DNA of 64,000 nucleotides, taken from IMG/VR virus record IMGVR_UViG_3300048121_001678, positions 186,001 through 250,000 of that record; one strand, given 5' to 3'. Every line of letters begins with the position of its first letter. Within the stretch, counting starts at the first letter, position 1. Shown here in pieces: positions 19,083 to 29,156 of this stretch. Both the position numbers and the translations under genes were made by a program. The notes under the pieces are model-generated. The model did no database searches. It saw nothing but the letters and a program-made list of their open reading frames with translations, and had not been told where the DNA came from.

Positions 19083-20552
19083 ATGTCAATTTACAAGTCA
19101 TATTTTAAACGTAACGATACGTTAATTTTTAACTCATATACAAACACAGGTCAAAATCCTGTTGTTGAATTATTTTTTGGTCGAGTAGATAATTTAAATA
19201 CACCAAAAGGTTACTCACGTTTTATATTTGATATAGACTTAGAAGAATTACAAACTAAACTTTCTAACGGTACAATTTCTACAGGATGTACTCCGTCCAT
19301 GACACATACCTTAAGAATGACTAACACGTCTTCTTTTGATAAAGAATTATTAAATTCAACTTGGTCTAATGGTCGAAGAAGAGCAACATCATTCGACTTA
19401 ATATTATTTAGAATACCTAAAGTTTCAGGTTCCACTGGTGATTCCCAAACATGGGATGAGGGTGTAGGTCAAGATTATTACAACACAAAAGACGCACTTG
19501 AAGGCAATAAATCGTTTTCAGATAGACCAGTAAATTGGTACCAAAGAAATACTGTTAAAAATTGGTCAGTAAATGGATTATATGATAATTCAAATACACA
19601 AACAGGTTCAACTATTGGTTTAAATTATTCTGCACTAACTATTGTTGATAGACAACACTTTGAATTTGGTGATGAGGATATTGAGTTTGATATGACTAAT
19701 GAGATTAATGACGTTTTATCCGGTGCAACTACAGGAGTTACAGGGTGGGGAGTTGCATTTGTTCCTGAAGTAGAAAACATAACAGGTATGACTGAGAATT
19801 ATTCTGTTGGGTTTTTCTCTCGTCACACTCAGACCTTTTATGACCCATTCTTAGAGACAAACTATGATGACTTAATACAGGATGATAGATATACATTTTA
19901 TGAAGGTAAAAGTAATAAACTTTATCTTTACGCCTATGCAAATGGTAACCCAATTATTTTAGACAATAATCCTGAAGTGGATATTCTTGATGAAAGTGAT
20001 AATATAATTCAAACATTGACCGCTTGTAGTAGGTCTAATGGTGTTTATGAGGTAACAGTATCTGCAATAACGTCCTCAAATACCCCATGTATGTATTATG
20101 ATAATTGGAGAGAATTGGCATATAATGGTGATACTATTACACCGATAGAGAATGAATTCGTGTTACTTAAAAATGTGGATTATTTTACAATAGGTACTAG
20201 AACTGAAGAACCATCAATTTATGGTTTTGATTTTAATGGTATTCTACAAAATGAAAAAATTCTTAATACAGATATTAGAAAAGTTAATGTGACACTTAAA
20301 AAGGCGTACACCTCTAAGGAAGTTCTAAAACATGTTGACTGTTACTATAGAATATATGTCAAAGAAGGTAACACCGAAGTTCAGGTTCAAGATTGGACAC
20401 AAATTAATAGGACGGCTGACGGGTTTTACTTCGTATTCGACACAACTGATAAGATACCAAATGAATATTTTATAGATATCAAAGTGAACACTGACAGAGA
20501 AGTTAATACTTATAAAAGAGAACTACAATTCCAAATCGTAAACAAAAAATGA
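19083..20552 (+). CDS. probable virion structural protein
   Basis: TATTTAT at 19062-19068; beta-rich, T/N/S-rich composition. Confidence 0.55.
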   Translation: MSIYKSYFKRNDTLIFNSYTNTGQNPVVELFFGRVDNLNTPKGYSRFIFDIDLEELQTKLSNGTISTGCTPSMTHTLRMTNTSSFDKELLNSTWSNGRRRATSFDLILFRIPKVSGSTGDSQTWDEGVGQDYYNTKDALEGNKSFSDRPVNWYQRNTVKNWSVNGLYDNSNTQTGSTIGLNYSALTIVDRQHFEFGDEDIEFDMTNEINDVLSGATTGVTGWGVAFVPEVENITGMTENYSVGFFSRHTQTFYDPFLETNYDDLIQDDRYTFYEGKSNKLYLYAYANGNPIILDNNPEVDILDESDNIIQTLTACSRSNGVYEVTVSAITSSNTPCMYYDNWRELAYNGDTITPIENEFVLLKNVDYFTIGTRTEEPSIYGFDFNGILQNEKILNTDIRKVNVTLKKAYTSKEVLKHVDCYYRIYVKEGNTEVQVQDWTQINRTADGFYFVFDTTDKIPNEYFIDIKVNTDREVNTYKRELQFQIVNKK

Positions 20553-20800
20553 GAAAGATAAGGATAACTGAGGAACAACTTGAACAAATTGTTAAACGAG
20601 TAATAGACGAAAAGAAGAAGTCTAAAAAGAAAAAGAAAAAGAAGAAAGACACTACCCTATGTTCACGTGGTAAAAACGCGGCAAAGGCGAAATATGATGT
20701 TTATCCTTCAGCATATGCTAATGGATATGCCGTTCAAGTATGTAAAGGTAAGATGCCAGGATTGGACGGTAAAAAAAGATGTTCAGGAAAGTATTGTTAA
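20549..20800 (+). CDS. small basic protein (PSAYANG motif, DUF5872-like) with ITEEQL leader
   Basis: AKAKYDVYPSAYANGYAVQVCKG; poly-Lys tract. Confidence 0.65.
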   Translation: MRKIRITEEQLEQIVKRVIDEKKKSKKKKKKKKDTTLCSRGKNAAKAKYDVYPSAYANGYAVQVCKGKMPGLDGKKRCSGKYC

Positions 20801-20816
20801 CTTAAAAAATAAATAC

Positions 20817-20824
20817 TATATTTG
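20817..20824 (+). promoter_or_regulatory. Bacteroidota -7 promoter element TATATTTG
   Basis: TAnnTTTG consensus upstream of a small ORF. Confidence 0.6.
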
Positions 20825-20844
20825 TACTATAAAATTTTAAAATA

Positions 20845-21021
20845 GTGTCATACTCAACAACAACATATCAATTAAAGAAAGGTGATGAAGTCTTAATGGA
20901 GGTAAATGCCAGCTCAGTAGAACGAGCTATGGATTACATTTATTACGAAATGCCTGAGACATATAGTAAAGAATATGTTGTAACACCAAAACCATTAAGT
21001 GTTACCCCATCCTTAAAGTAG
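20845..21021 (+). CDS. small hypothetical protein (58 aa, not in ORF track)
   Basis: GTG-SYSTTTYQLKKGDEVLMEVNASSVERAMDYIYYEMPE...SLK* fills the intergenic gap behind a promoter motif. Confidence 0.55.
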   Translation: MSYSTTTYQLKKGDEVLMEVNASSVERAMDYIYYEMPETYSKEYVVTPKPLSVTPSLK

Positions 21022-21543
21022 AGAATGGATTACCCATTCGTAACCCTTTATACCCCCATAAGATAGATAAGTCATATTTTCTTTTTCATCTTTAGGGTTC
21101 CGACTCTCTGTAATATAAGACTTATCACAAAAAGATTTAATTTTTTCTAATATTTCTCTTGACACATACTGATTCTCCAAAAGTGTCGTGGCGATTCTCA
21201 TATCCACACCTGACTTTTTAATTCTATATAAGTTCTTCTTAACTGATTCTCTGACCACTTTTGGTACCCTAAATTTATTAAAACCCTCATCAACAGTAAT
21301 TTTAAGGTCACCAGTACCTTTAATTACTCTGTGATATACCATCTTAGGGATAATGTATGTTTGTCCCTCTTGCAAGACCTGAGGTAACTCCTCGTCCATC
21401 TGCAACATCCAACCGTCAGATGATTCCACAAATACCTTACGGTCACTTGTGTCTCTATGCCATATTAATTCTTCAGAATCCACATTTTCTGTAAATACTC
21501 TTCTAAATTTATGATTACTAATATTTTTCTGTTTGTATATCAT
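21013..21543 (-). CDS. hypothetical protein with cupin-like N-terminal domain
   Basis: ELIWHRD...YIIPKMVYHRVIKG; TAATG-coupled start. Confidence 0.6.
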   Translation of the reverse strand: MIYKQKNISNHKFRRVFTENVDSEELIWHRDTSDRKVFVESSDGWMLQMDEELPQVLQEGQTYIIPKMVYHRVIKGTGDLKITVDEGFNKFRVPKVVRESVKKNLYRIKKSGVDMRIATTLLENQYVSREILEKIKSFCDKSYITESRNPKDEKENMTYLSYGGIKGYEWVIHSLL

Positions 21544-23183
21544 TACCAAAATCTTCCAGGTACATTTTTACCAAAATCTTTATGTGCTCTACACGCCCAA
21601 TAACCAGCTTTAGTTTTGTCTTTTTTCTTTGCACATTGGTGTCTGGCGGCAAATGACTTACGAGCACCTGGGTCATTCCATTTAGCGGTCATAACAGGAG
21701 AACCATAACTAACCTTTTTAACTTTACCCGTCTTAGGGTTTTTAACGTATACATACCACTTCTTAGAACCACCACTCTTAGGTTTACCTAATTCTACTTT
21801 CTTACCCTTATATTCTGCCTCATTAATCATTGGGAAATCCAAAGGTAGTCTCTCACCTTCGTATATAAAGAACTTACCCAAATCGCTATCCAACAACTCG
21901 TTATCTAATTCATTCTTATAAAGTCCTTTTTCTCTCAACTTTCTTGCTTCATTAATAACATCAAAGTATTTTGGTGAACCGGTCCTGAAAATATTATCAC
22001 TCAAAGGTATGTTATTATCAATATGGTATTTAACATCTTCAGACATTGTTTCAACAGCATTAGTATATGAACGTAATAAAGTCTCAATTAACTTTACCTC
22101 ATCATCTGTCTTTTCAGATGGAATAACAACATCATCAAAATTTTGAAGTTCTTTTGGTGCCAATGGTGGGTCTAATAAGAACCTTTTATTCACCCAATCC
22201 CTTAACTCATTTTCAACAAAAAATTCAGGTACTGGTTCATCATCAGGTCTATCAGATGCTATGTCAGAAATATGGTAAGCAAATTTTAACTTGTTACTCT
22301 CATCCATTAACTTCATTAACCCATCACTAATAAAGAAAATTTTACTAAGTGGGTCAACACCTCCCAAATCACCTTCAGCGATATTAAAAATACTCATTAT
22401 GGTCTTTGACCACCATGATTTATATGTTGGAGTTTCTTTTAATGTTGGTTTTAAAATTTTATTAAATGCTCTCATTCCCGAACCAACCATACCTGCAATT
22501 ACTATTTGAGGTATAAACCACGGTAATAAACGTATAAACGCTTTAAACCCACCTTCACCAATATGTTTGGCTAATCTTTTATTTCTGGCGGCAGACACAA
22601 TACTCTTTAATTGTCCAAAAGTAATTGGACCTTGAGCACTACAGAATTTTTTGGAATCACAAATACTTTTAATTACTTTACTAGAAGGGTTAACCTCTTT
22701 AGTGTCATCTTCAGTGATTTTAGGTGTATTATCATTACCACACTTGTGACACATATATAAATCATCACCACCATCTTCTATCTTCCAATTCCAACCACAA
22801 TTATCACATAAAACACTATCATTCACTATCGATTCTAATATCATATATGTTAATTTATCAATAGATTCTTTTTTATAGTTTTTAACTTTGATTCTAGTTG
22901 GTTTTTGTCCTTTACCCGATTGAGTATCTTTTTTTTCTTTTTCTCTTTTTCTACGACATGCAGAATCTTTTTCTTTTTGTGACATCTTTCCTGCCACACC
23001 GGCACCTCTACATACTGGGTATCCACCCTTATCCGAGTCTTTTCTTCCACAAGGAGGGTGACCTCCACCTTTCTTTTTCTTACAAATATTAACCCACGGA
23101 CCTTTAGGTTGTGATGAACCTTTCTTTTTCTTTTTCTTTCCGAACCAAACCGCTAAATCTTCACTTAGAATATATTTACTCAT
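21543..23183 (-). CDS. modular basic/Cys-rich late protein (Zn ribbon, DUF6321-like C-terminus)
   Basis: CDNC...CHKC; YVYVKNPKTGKVKKVSYG...ARKSFAARHQC...AGYWACR. Confidence 0.7.
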   Translation of the reverse strand: MSKYILSEDLAVWFGKKKKKKGSSQPKGPWVNICKKKKGGGHPPCGRKDSDKGGYPVCRGAGVAGKMSQKEKDSACRRKREKEKKDTQSGKGQKPTRIKVKNYKKESIDKLTYMILESIVNDSVLCDNCGWNWKIEDGGDDLYMCHKCGNDNTPKITEDDTKEVNPSSKVIKSICDSKKFCSAQGPITFGQLKSIVSAARNKRLAKHIGEGGFKAFIRLLPWFIPQIVIAGMVGSGMRAFNKILKPTLKETPTYKSWWSKTIMSIFNIAEGDLGGVDPLSKIFFISDGLMKLMDESNKLKFAYHISDIASDRPDDEPVPEFFVENELRDWVNKRFLLDPPLAPKELQNFDDVVIPSEKTDDEVKLIETLLRSYTNAVETMSEDVKYHIDNNIPLSDNIFRTGSPKYFDVINEARKLREKGLYKNELDNELLDSDLGKFFIYEGERLPLDFPMINEAEYKGKKVELGKPKSGGSKKWYVYVKNPKTGKVKKVSYGSPVMTAKWNDPGARKSFAARHQCAKKKDKTKAGYWACRAHKDFGKNVPGRFW

Positions 23184-23260
23184 AACTTGACTATTGTATA
23201 TTTTCTATTATACATTATATAAATATTACGAAATAGATAAACAAAACAATATTTCTCAAA

Positions 23261-23617
23261 ATGGCAAAAAGTAAAAAAACAACATCACCTACTAATACTG
23301 TAGTAGAAAAACAAACAACAAGTGAACAATTAACTCAAGACACCGACGAAAACGTACAAGAGGGACCTAAACCAATTGGTCAATTGTTTAACACAATTAA
23401 CTACAACAATATGGACGACCTTAACTCGTTTATTGAAAATCTAACACCTGACCAAGGTTTATACATCTTAGTTCAGGCAGCAAGAGCATCACACACTCGA
23501 GGAGCGTTTAATATTGAAGAATCTGAAACGGTCTCTAAGGCTATCAGAACACTGACTTCACCAGCCAGTGAACATCAGGAACCAACAGGTGAACCTGAAG
23601 TCAAAACTGAAGGATGA
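23261..23617 (+). CDS. hypothetical protein
   Basis: Intact ORF followed by a terminator. Confidence 0.7.
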   Translation: MAKSKKTTSPTNTVVEKQTTSEQLTQDTDENVQEGPKPIGQLFNTINYNNMDDLNSFIENLTPDQGLYILVQAARASHTRGAFNIEESETVSKAIRTLTSPASEHQEPTGEPEVKTEG

Positions 23618-23632
23618 TATTAGTTTAGTTGG

Positions 23633-23660
23633 AAAAAAGGGGGTTTAACTCCCTTTTTTT
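23633..23660. terminator. intrinsic terminator (bidirectional type)
   Basis: AAAAAAGGGGGTT-TAACTCCCTTTTTTT hairpin. Confidence 0.75.
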
Positions 23661-23697
23661 ATGCAATAAATTTAAAAATATAGTAATTAATTTATTA

Positions 23698-23883
23698 ATG
23701 GATAGAAATCATATGATTAGTAAAGTTGTCAGTAACGAAATGCTAATTAGAAAGGCAATAACTAAAGGTCATAGACCAAGTGATGGGGATGAGTTTCAAC
23801 CACTTAGAGTTGAAAATGAGATTTTAAGGTGTATGTACTACGGAGAAGACTCTCCACACTGTAGAAGAAAGTATACTAAATAA
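23698..23883 (+). CDS. small hypothetical protein
   Basis: MDRNHMISK...; ATG chosen downstream of the terminator. Confidence 0.55.
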   Translation: MDRNHMISKVVSNEMLIRKAITKGHRPSDGDEFQPLRVENEILRCMYYGEDSPHCRRKYTK

Positions 23884-23910
23884 AAAAAGGGGACCTTTTG
23901 GGTCCCCTTT
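23882..23910. terminator. bidirectional terminator ending the capsid operon
   Basis: AAAAAAAGGGGACC-TTTTG-GGTCCCCTTT. Confidence 0.85.
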
Positions 23911-23930
23911 ATTATTGGTATTAAGATATA

Positions 23931-25661
23931 TTATCTTAAAGAGTTCATATCGAACGTTCTAACACCATCAACTGTAATAACACCATAGAAACGGTTATTA
24001 ACCATTTTCTTAGCGTATCTAGTCATGATACCCTTGATTGGTGTAAAGTTGAATGGGTTATACATAGTTGGTGTCAACTGTAATGGTACATATGGTGCGT
24101 AAACGTACCCTGTATCCAATAAAGAAGAACCTTTATGTCCCATCAATACAGTGTTAGGTGGGAAGTAAGGGTCACGGTAAACTTGATATCTACCTGATAA
24201 CGTACCTACTCTCTCAATACCCATGTTGTATTGGTCTTGGTCTGGTGCCGCATTTGATACGTGGAAGTATTCCAAGTCATCAAAGATTGCTGAAATTTCA
24301 GAAGAAACTACAATCCAGTTAGCACCACCTCTAAGAGTTGATTTGTGAATTTGAGCCGAGATTTGGTTAATTGCAGTAATCAACGTTTGGTTCCAGTCTT
24401 TTTGGTTATAGTTAACTGAACCATTAGATACTCTCTTCCATCCGTTGTAATCCCAACGTAATGACCAAGCTGCACCTTTTCTCAAGTCTCTTAAGATTTC
24501 ACGGTCAATCTCCGCTGCCACTTGCTCAGATAATAAAGCTGTTAATTCAGCTTCAGCATCGATGTTGTGGAACGCAGAAACGTCTTGTGCTAGTTCTGGA
24601 GACCATTGTGCTCTTAATTTTCTTTCTGTTACAGAAACAGTAACTGCTTCAAGGTCGAAAGAAACTTCACCAATTGCATCTTCAAATTCTAACGTTTTGT
24701 AGATTCTGTATGATGCGTCGAATTCAGGTGACGCTGCGTAAGTTGTACCTGAATAACCATCTAAAGAAGATGTACCAATACCAGCTACTACTGATGTATC
24801 TACAGATAAGTAGATAATACCTTCAGCATCACAGATATTGTCATATTTTCCACCAGGGAAGTTAGTTGATGCTTCAGCACCGTACTGAACAATACCTTTA
24901 CCATACTTCTGTGTTACCACATTGAAGTTGAAGTAATTAGCACCTGAATAAACTTCTAATGAAGCCAAGAATTCTTCAGTGTCCATTGCATTACCATCAG
25001 GACCGATTAGTTTACCTGCTCCGTCTCCTGAGAAACCTGACAACGCAACAATTACTGCTCTTGTTTCACCTGTGTAATCAGTTGATGTAGCCTCTACTAA
25101 AGTACTACCATCCCACTTATAGTTTACTAATGCTTTAGTAATTCCACTATACTGTCCTTTTGAATAATCAAATAGTCCAGCTGGGTCAGAATTTGGTGTT
25201 TCTCCTTCATAGAATTGGTCGTACAAGTTCTTTTGACCTGCAGTGTAACCTGTGTCTGTTGAAGAAGGACCTCCTGGTGCTCCGTAAGGTTTATAGTGTT
25301 CGCCATTGATTTGGTTAGCGTTCGCTTCTTGAATTTTAGGTACGAAGTAGAACAATTTACCGATTGGTAAGTTCATTGCTTGTACTGATACAATATCGTT
25401 AGCTAGTAATTTCGAGAATACTCTTCTAACGATAGGAAAGACTACAGTTTCAAATGAACCTGAGTCAGAAGCGTTTGCTGCTTCGTTAATTAAGTGAGAC
25501 GCTTGGTTTTCGTATAATTGTGCTACGTTTTCTCTCAAGTGACCTTTCAAGCCATCTAAGAAACCTAACTTGTCCCATTTGTTGATTGTGTCTTCTTTGA
25601 TAACTTTTAGGTGTTTTAACCCAATGTTACCTACAAGACCTGATTCTAATAATGCTCCCAT
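23931..25661 (-). CDS. major capsid protein (T4 gp23-like)
   Basis: VRRVF..L.ANDIVSVQAM, RKLRAQWSPELAQD, AEIDREI, YAPYVPL, GIMTRYA. Confidence 0.95.
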   Translation of the reverse strand: MGALLESGLVGNIGLKHLKVIKEDTINKWDKLGFLDGLKGHLRENVAQLYENQASHLINEAANASDSGSFETVVFPIVRRVFSKLLANDIVSVQAMNLPIGKLFYFVPKIQEANANQINGEHYKPYGAPGGPSSTDTGYTAGQKNLYDQFYEGETPNSDPAGLFDYSKGQYSGITKALVNYKWDGSTLVEATSTDYTGETRAVIVALSGFSGDGAGKLIGPDGNAMDTEEFLASLEVYSGANYFNFNVVTQKYGKGIVQYGAEASTNFPGGKYDNICDAEGIIYLSVDTSVVAGIGTSSLDGYSGTTYAASPEFDASYRIYKTLEFEDAIGEVSFDLEAVTVSVTERKLRAQWSPELAQDVSAFHNIDAEAELTALLSEQVAAEIDREILRDLRKGAAWSLRWDYNGWKRVSNGSVNYNQKDWNQTLITAINQISAQIHKSTLRGGANWIVVSSEISAIFDDLEYFHVSNAAPDQDQYNMGIERVGTLSGRYQVYRDPYFPPNTVLMGHKGSSLLDTGYVYAPYVPLQLTPTMYNPFNFTPIKGIMTRYAKKMVNNRFYGVITVDGVRTFDMNSLR

Positions 25662-25690
25662 TTTAGTAATTTTTAATTTTAAGTTTTATT

Positions 25691-27067
25691 TTATTTAATT
25701 ATTTTTGACATCAAATCCTTCATTCTCATGAACTGTGGATTCTCATATGTCTTAGACTCTATAAGATTTGAAGATGAACCTTTAACAGGTGTCTTAGATA
25801 CTTTTTCAGACATAGATTCTGAAATTGTATTTGCTGACTTGCCATCGAATTCTTCTTTCAAAGTTTTATATAGTCCTTTTGATTCTTTCAATGTTTCTAC
25901 CGAATCGAATCTTCTGAGGATATTGATTTTTTCTTGCTTAGTGGTAGTGTTTTCTGTAAACAAACGTGTAGCGTAAGCCAAGTTAGAATTGAATACTGCA
26001 ACCTCATTCAACTTCTCTTTAAAGATGTTAAGTGCCTTACGGTACTCTTCATTCTTTTCTCTAAGTTGTTGAATCTCTTTCTTTGTAGACTCGTTATAAC
26101 GAGCTCTATTAGGGATTGAGTGTGGTTTTGGTAAACCTTTAGATTTGTCAGAAGATGCTTTCTGTCCAGCAGCGTGACTTCTCACCATACCTTCAGTAGC
26201 TTCACCTTCTTCCATGTCATCTTCTTCTCTAACTTCAAAATCAGCATCGTCTCTTCTTGCTTTCATAGAATCTAAATCCTTGTCAGCCATTTTACCATGC
26301 TTCATTGCCAATCTTTCGTCTTCACGGTCATCATAACCCTGACCTTCAGCCATTTCCTCTTCTTTATACCCTTCTTCCATATCGTCTTCTTCAGATACTT
26401 CGAGTTCGTAAACAACTTCGTCCATTTCTTCTTCCATGTCACTTTCGTACATTTCTTCTTCCATATCACCTTCAGTCATTTCTTCCTCTTTCTCTTCTGA
26501 TTCCATTTGGATTTTATATTCAACGTCAGCCTCATCATCTTTAAGTGTAACTTCATCACCATCCTGAGAAACGATAATTCCATCTTCTTCACCCATAGCT
26601 TTGAAAACCCTTAAGATTTCGTCGTCTGATGCTCCTGTTAAATCAAGAGGTAAAAGAATTTCCTCTTCACCATCCACTTCCATTTCATCACCAGGTAAGT
26701 CCATATCTAACATATCTTCTACGTCATCCATGTCCATCTCCTCGTCATCCATTTCCATGTCTAATTCAGAATCTTCATCAGAATCCATGTCCATTTCTAT
26801 GTCCATTTCATCTTCTACTTCGTCTTCAATGTCGAGTTCCATTTCTTGTTCAGCCATTTCTGACTCTTTTTCCATTTCTGAACCTTCTTCCATTTCGACT
26901 GCTTCAACCTTCTCTTCCTCAGAGAGTGATTCTTTTACTAATTCACTGATTTCTTCCTTCATAGTAGAAGCAAGTATTCCTTTTGCGTTTTCTGTTACGG
27001 CTTCCTCCAAATTTTTCATTTGTAGTAGTGCCTCTTCAACTAATGATTTTTTAGTTTCGTTTGCCAT
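25691..27067 (-). CDS. prohead scaffold/core protein (highly acidic)
   Basis: Lies between protease and capsid; D/E/M-rich with C-terminal coiled coil; ATG at 27067. Confidence 0.7.
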   Translation of the reverse strand: MANETKKSLVEEALLQMKNLEEAVTENAKGILASTMKEEISELVKESLSEEEKVEAVEMEEGSEMEKESEMAEQEMELDIEDEVEDEMDIEMDMDSDEDSELDMEMDDEEMDMDDVEDMLDMDLPGDEMEVDGEEEILLPLDLTGASDDEILRVFKAMGEEDGIIVSQDGDEVTLKDDEADVEYKIQMESEEKEEEMTEGDMEEEMYESDMEEEMDEVVYELEVSEEDDMEEGYKEEEMAEGQGYDDREDERLAMKHGKMADKDLDSMKARRDDADFEVREEDDMEEGEATEGMVRSHAAGQKASSDKSKGLPKPHSIPNRARYNESTKKEIQQLREKNEEYRKALNIFKEKLNEVAVFNSNLAYATRLFTENTTTKQEKINILRRFDSVETLKESKGLYKTLKEEFDGKSANTISESMSEKVSKTPVKGSSSNLIESKTYENPQFMRMKDLMSKIIK

Positions 27068-27208
27068 TTTTTGTTTTTTGCGCAATTGTTTATTGATTAT
27101 TATCATATAAATATTACCAAAACACAAAAAATATCATTTTTGGAATATATAAGCATAAAAAAATCGGAAGTCACCCTCCGATTCTTTAGTTTTTTGGTTT
27201 GATTTTTG

Positions 27209-27418
27209 TTATTCGTAAACCTCGTCGATTTTACTTTCAGAACATGCAGTGATTCTCCAATCATGTGGAAAACCCTCAAACTTTTTAGTTACTTTAGATT
27301 CCACTTCGGTTACGTTATAACCTTTTACTAGTTTCTCTTCTCTAATTTTTTTAATCTTCCCAGTGTTGTCATCAGGTAGGTCATACTGAATTTTTGCTAC
27401 GAAATATTTTTCATCCAT
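27209..27418 (-). CDS. DUF4494-like protein
   Basis: YFVAKIQY...GKIKKIREEKLV...TEVESKV resembles Bacteroidota DUF4494. Confidence 0.55.
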   Translation of the reverse strand: MDEKYFVAKIQYDLPDDNTGKIKKIREEKLVKGYNVTEVESKVTKKFEGFPHDWRITACSESKIDEVYE

Positions 27419-27432
27419 GTTTTTATATTTTT

Positions 27433-28152
27433 TTAATTATCTAAATAATGAGATAATCTTTTCATTAAGTCAATAGATGCACCCATTCCCCCGTCTAATC
27501 TCGCTTCAGGTTCAGGTCTTTTTTCTTCTTCTAAGTTTTCTTCGTACTTACCTTTATCGTCTTTATTAAGGAATAAGTAAGCACCAGGTGTAGATGGTGA
27601 CGACACCAAATCAAAACATATAAGTTCAAAGTCCTCTTGAACTTCATTTCTTTCACCTTTCTTAGCTAATGAACCGACACCACGTGAAGATACCCCCATA
27701 GTGACACCCTGTCTCATTAAGTTAGCTGCTTGGTCACCAGGACACGACACAACACCTGTTTGATGAAACCCTGGGGATGTGAGTAATTTAATCTTACCCA
27801 TTAATGTATTACCTTCCCACCACATTTCTGTAATTAGGTGTGATACACGGTCCAAATCTATTAATGAAGACTCGGGGTGATTAAGTTCAGATATTGATAA
27901 CCCTTTTTTAATTGCTTCATTATATCTTTCAGCTTCTCTACGTAAAATCTTTTCTGGATAAACACGACCGTTTCTATTTGGTGTGTCGAATTTTTGTAAT
28001 ACCGCATAAAACTCAAATGGTTTAGAGTGGTCTAACTGACCATACGATTCTTTGATTACATCGGCATTACGACTATCATTGGGATTCACATACCCTGCGT
28101 CCCATTCAATCAATATTCCTTTACCTATATCTTGTGGTCCTAAAACTCTCAT
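27433..28152 (-). CDS. prohead maturation protease (T4 gp21-like)
   Basis: NRNGRVYP, ELNHP, VSHLI, GVSSRGVGS, DLVSSPSTPGAY. Confidence 0.92.
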   Translation of the reverse strand: MRVLGPQDIGKGILIEWDAGYVNPNDSRNADVIKESYGQLDHSKPFEFYAVLQKFDTPNRNGRVYPEKILRREAERYNEAIKKGLSISELNHPESSLIDLDRVSHLITEMWWEGNTLMGKIKLLTSPGFHQTGVVSCPGDQAANLMRQGVTMGVSSRGVGSLAKKGERNEVQEDFELICFDLVSSPSTPGAYLFLNKDDKGKYEENLEEEKRPEPEARLDGGMGASIDLMKRLSHYLDN

Positions 28153-28190
28153 ATCATTTAATCTTTATTATAAATACTTAAAAATGGGGA

Positions 28191-28589
28191 TTATTCTATA
28201 ATGACATCATATTCACTTATCACTACTCCAATATATTTGGAATATTTGGTATTCATTACTTCAGCAACTCTGTTATTAATAACAAGTCCTAATGATAAAT
28301 CATCCCCCGAATAAACGTCTTTGATTGCCCAAGTCGATGCGAAACCAGTCACGTCTTGTTCACCATCGTAAGTATATAAAATCTTATCAATCATCACTCT
28401 GGCAGATATATCATTATCCTCCATATCACCTTCTAACATTACATGACTAAAAGTCACTACAGTAAAATCCTCGTTTACCGTGAAATCAGACGGGTCAATA
28501 ATATTGTTAAGGTCATCAATGGCGGTATTACCCTCACTGATGACCTTTCTTAATTTTTGTAGTTGTGATTCTGTAATTTTAATTTTCAC
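28191..28589 (-). CDS. hypothetical late protein with KIKITESQL leader
   Basis: GTG start; TATTTAT on the coding strand at 28607-28613. Confidence 0.65.
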   Translation of the reverse strand: MKIKITESQLQKLRKVISEGNTAIDDLNNIIDPSDFTVNEDFTVVTFSHVMLEGDMEDNDISARVMIDKILYTYDGEQDVTGFASTWAIKDVYSGDDLSLGLVINNRVAEVMNTKYSKYIGVVISEYDVIIE

Positions 28590-28601
28590 GAAAAAAGGTC
28601 T

Positions 28602-29051
28602 TTATGATAAATATTCCTTATTTTTCGTTTTGGTCTTAGATAGTGTAAAATAGTTTGAATTATGTAACTCATCTTTATATATTGACGTAGTTATTTTTTT
28701 AACTCTATCTCGTAAAATAGGTGATTTAAAATCAACATGCTCCTTTAAAAATAAAGTAATTTCTAAGTTCATAAAAGATTTTTTACCAATCTGAATCCCA
28801 CTACTTCGTAAATCTAAATCAACAATGTTGTGTGATTCAAATATTAATGGGTCGACGGTCTCTAATAAGTTATGTTTAATATTTCTATTTAAGTTACCAT
28901 TTATCCTATTCCAATTATCTGATTCTATTTTTGGTTGAATCCACGACTGTATAGTTATGTAGATTGATTTAAGATTATGTGCATCTACAGTACCATAATT
29001 ACATTTAGCATTTTCAAAGATATCTAACTTTGAACTTTTTCCTTTTTTCAT
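28602..29051 (-). CDS. hypothetical protein
   Basis: Intact ORF divergent from rpsU. Confidence 0.75.
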   Translation of the reverse strand: MKKGKSSKLDIFENAKCNYGTVDAHNLKSIYITIQSWIQPKIESDNWNRINGNLNRNIKHNLLETVDPLIFESHNIVDLDLRSSGIQIGKKSFMNLEITLFLKEHVDFKSPILRDRVKKITTSIYKDELHNSNYFTLSKTKTKNKEYLS

Positions 29052-29088
29052 ATATTTCCATATGTCTTATTTGTTTATTGTTAGTAAA

Positions 29089-29148
29089 ATAATAATAAAG
29101 TTTACTCCATTAGTCAAAATTGACATTAAAAAACTATTTATCTATAAT
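29089..29148. promoter_or_regulatory. back-to-back TTGAC-N17-TAxxAT promoters overlapping a TATTTAT motif
   Basis: + strand TTGACA(29120)-N17-TATAAT(29143); - strand TTGACT(29117)-N17-TATTAT; TATTTAT at 29135. Confidence 0.5.
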
Positions 29149-29156
29149 AGGAACAT

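Noticed and set aside
23629-23697. Upstream extensions in the ORF track (also 27068-27127, 39941-40003, 46597-46683, 48374-48499)
   Set aside because: They run through terminators, promoter motifs or the tmRNA; downstream ATGs fit better
26601-27110. 169-aa Ser/Ile-rich ORF on the + strand (and similar ORFs at 36990, 37398, 35580)
   Set aside because: Antisense shadows of the D/E/M-rich scaffold-like genes; the composition is explained by the reverse-complement codons
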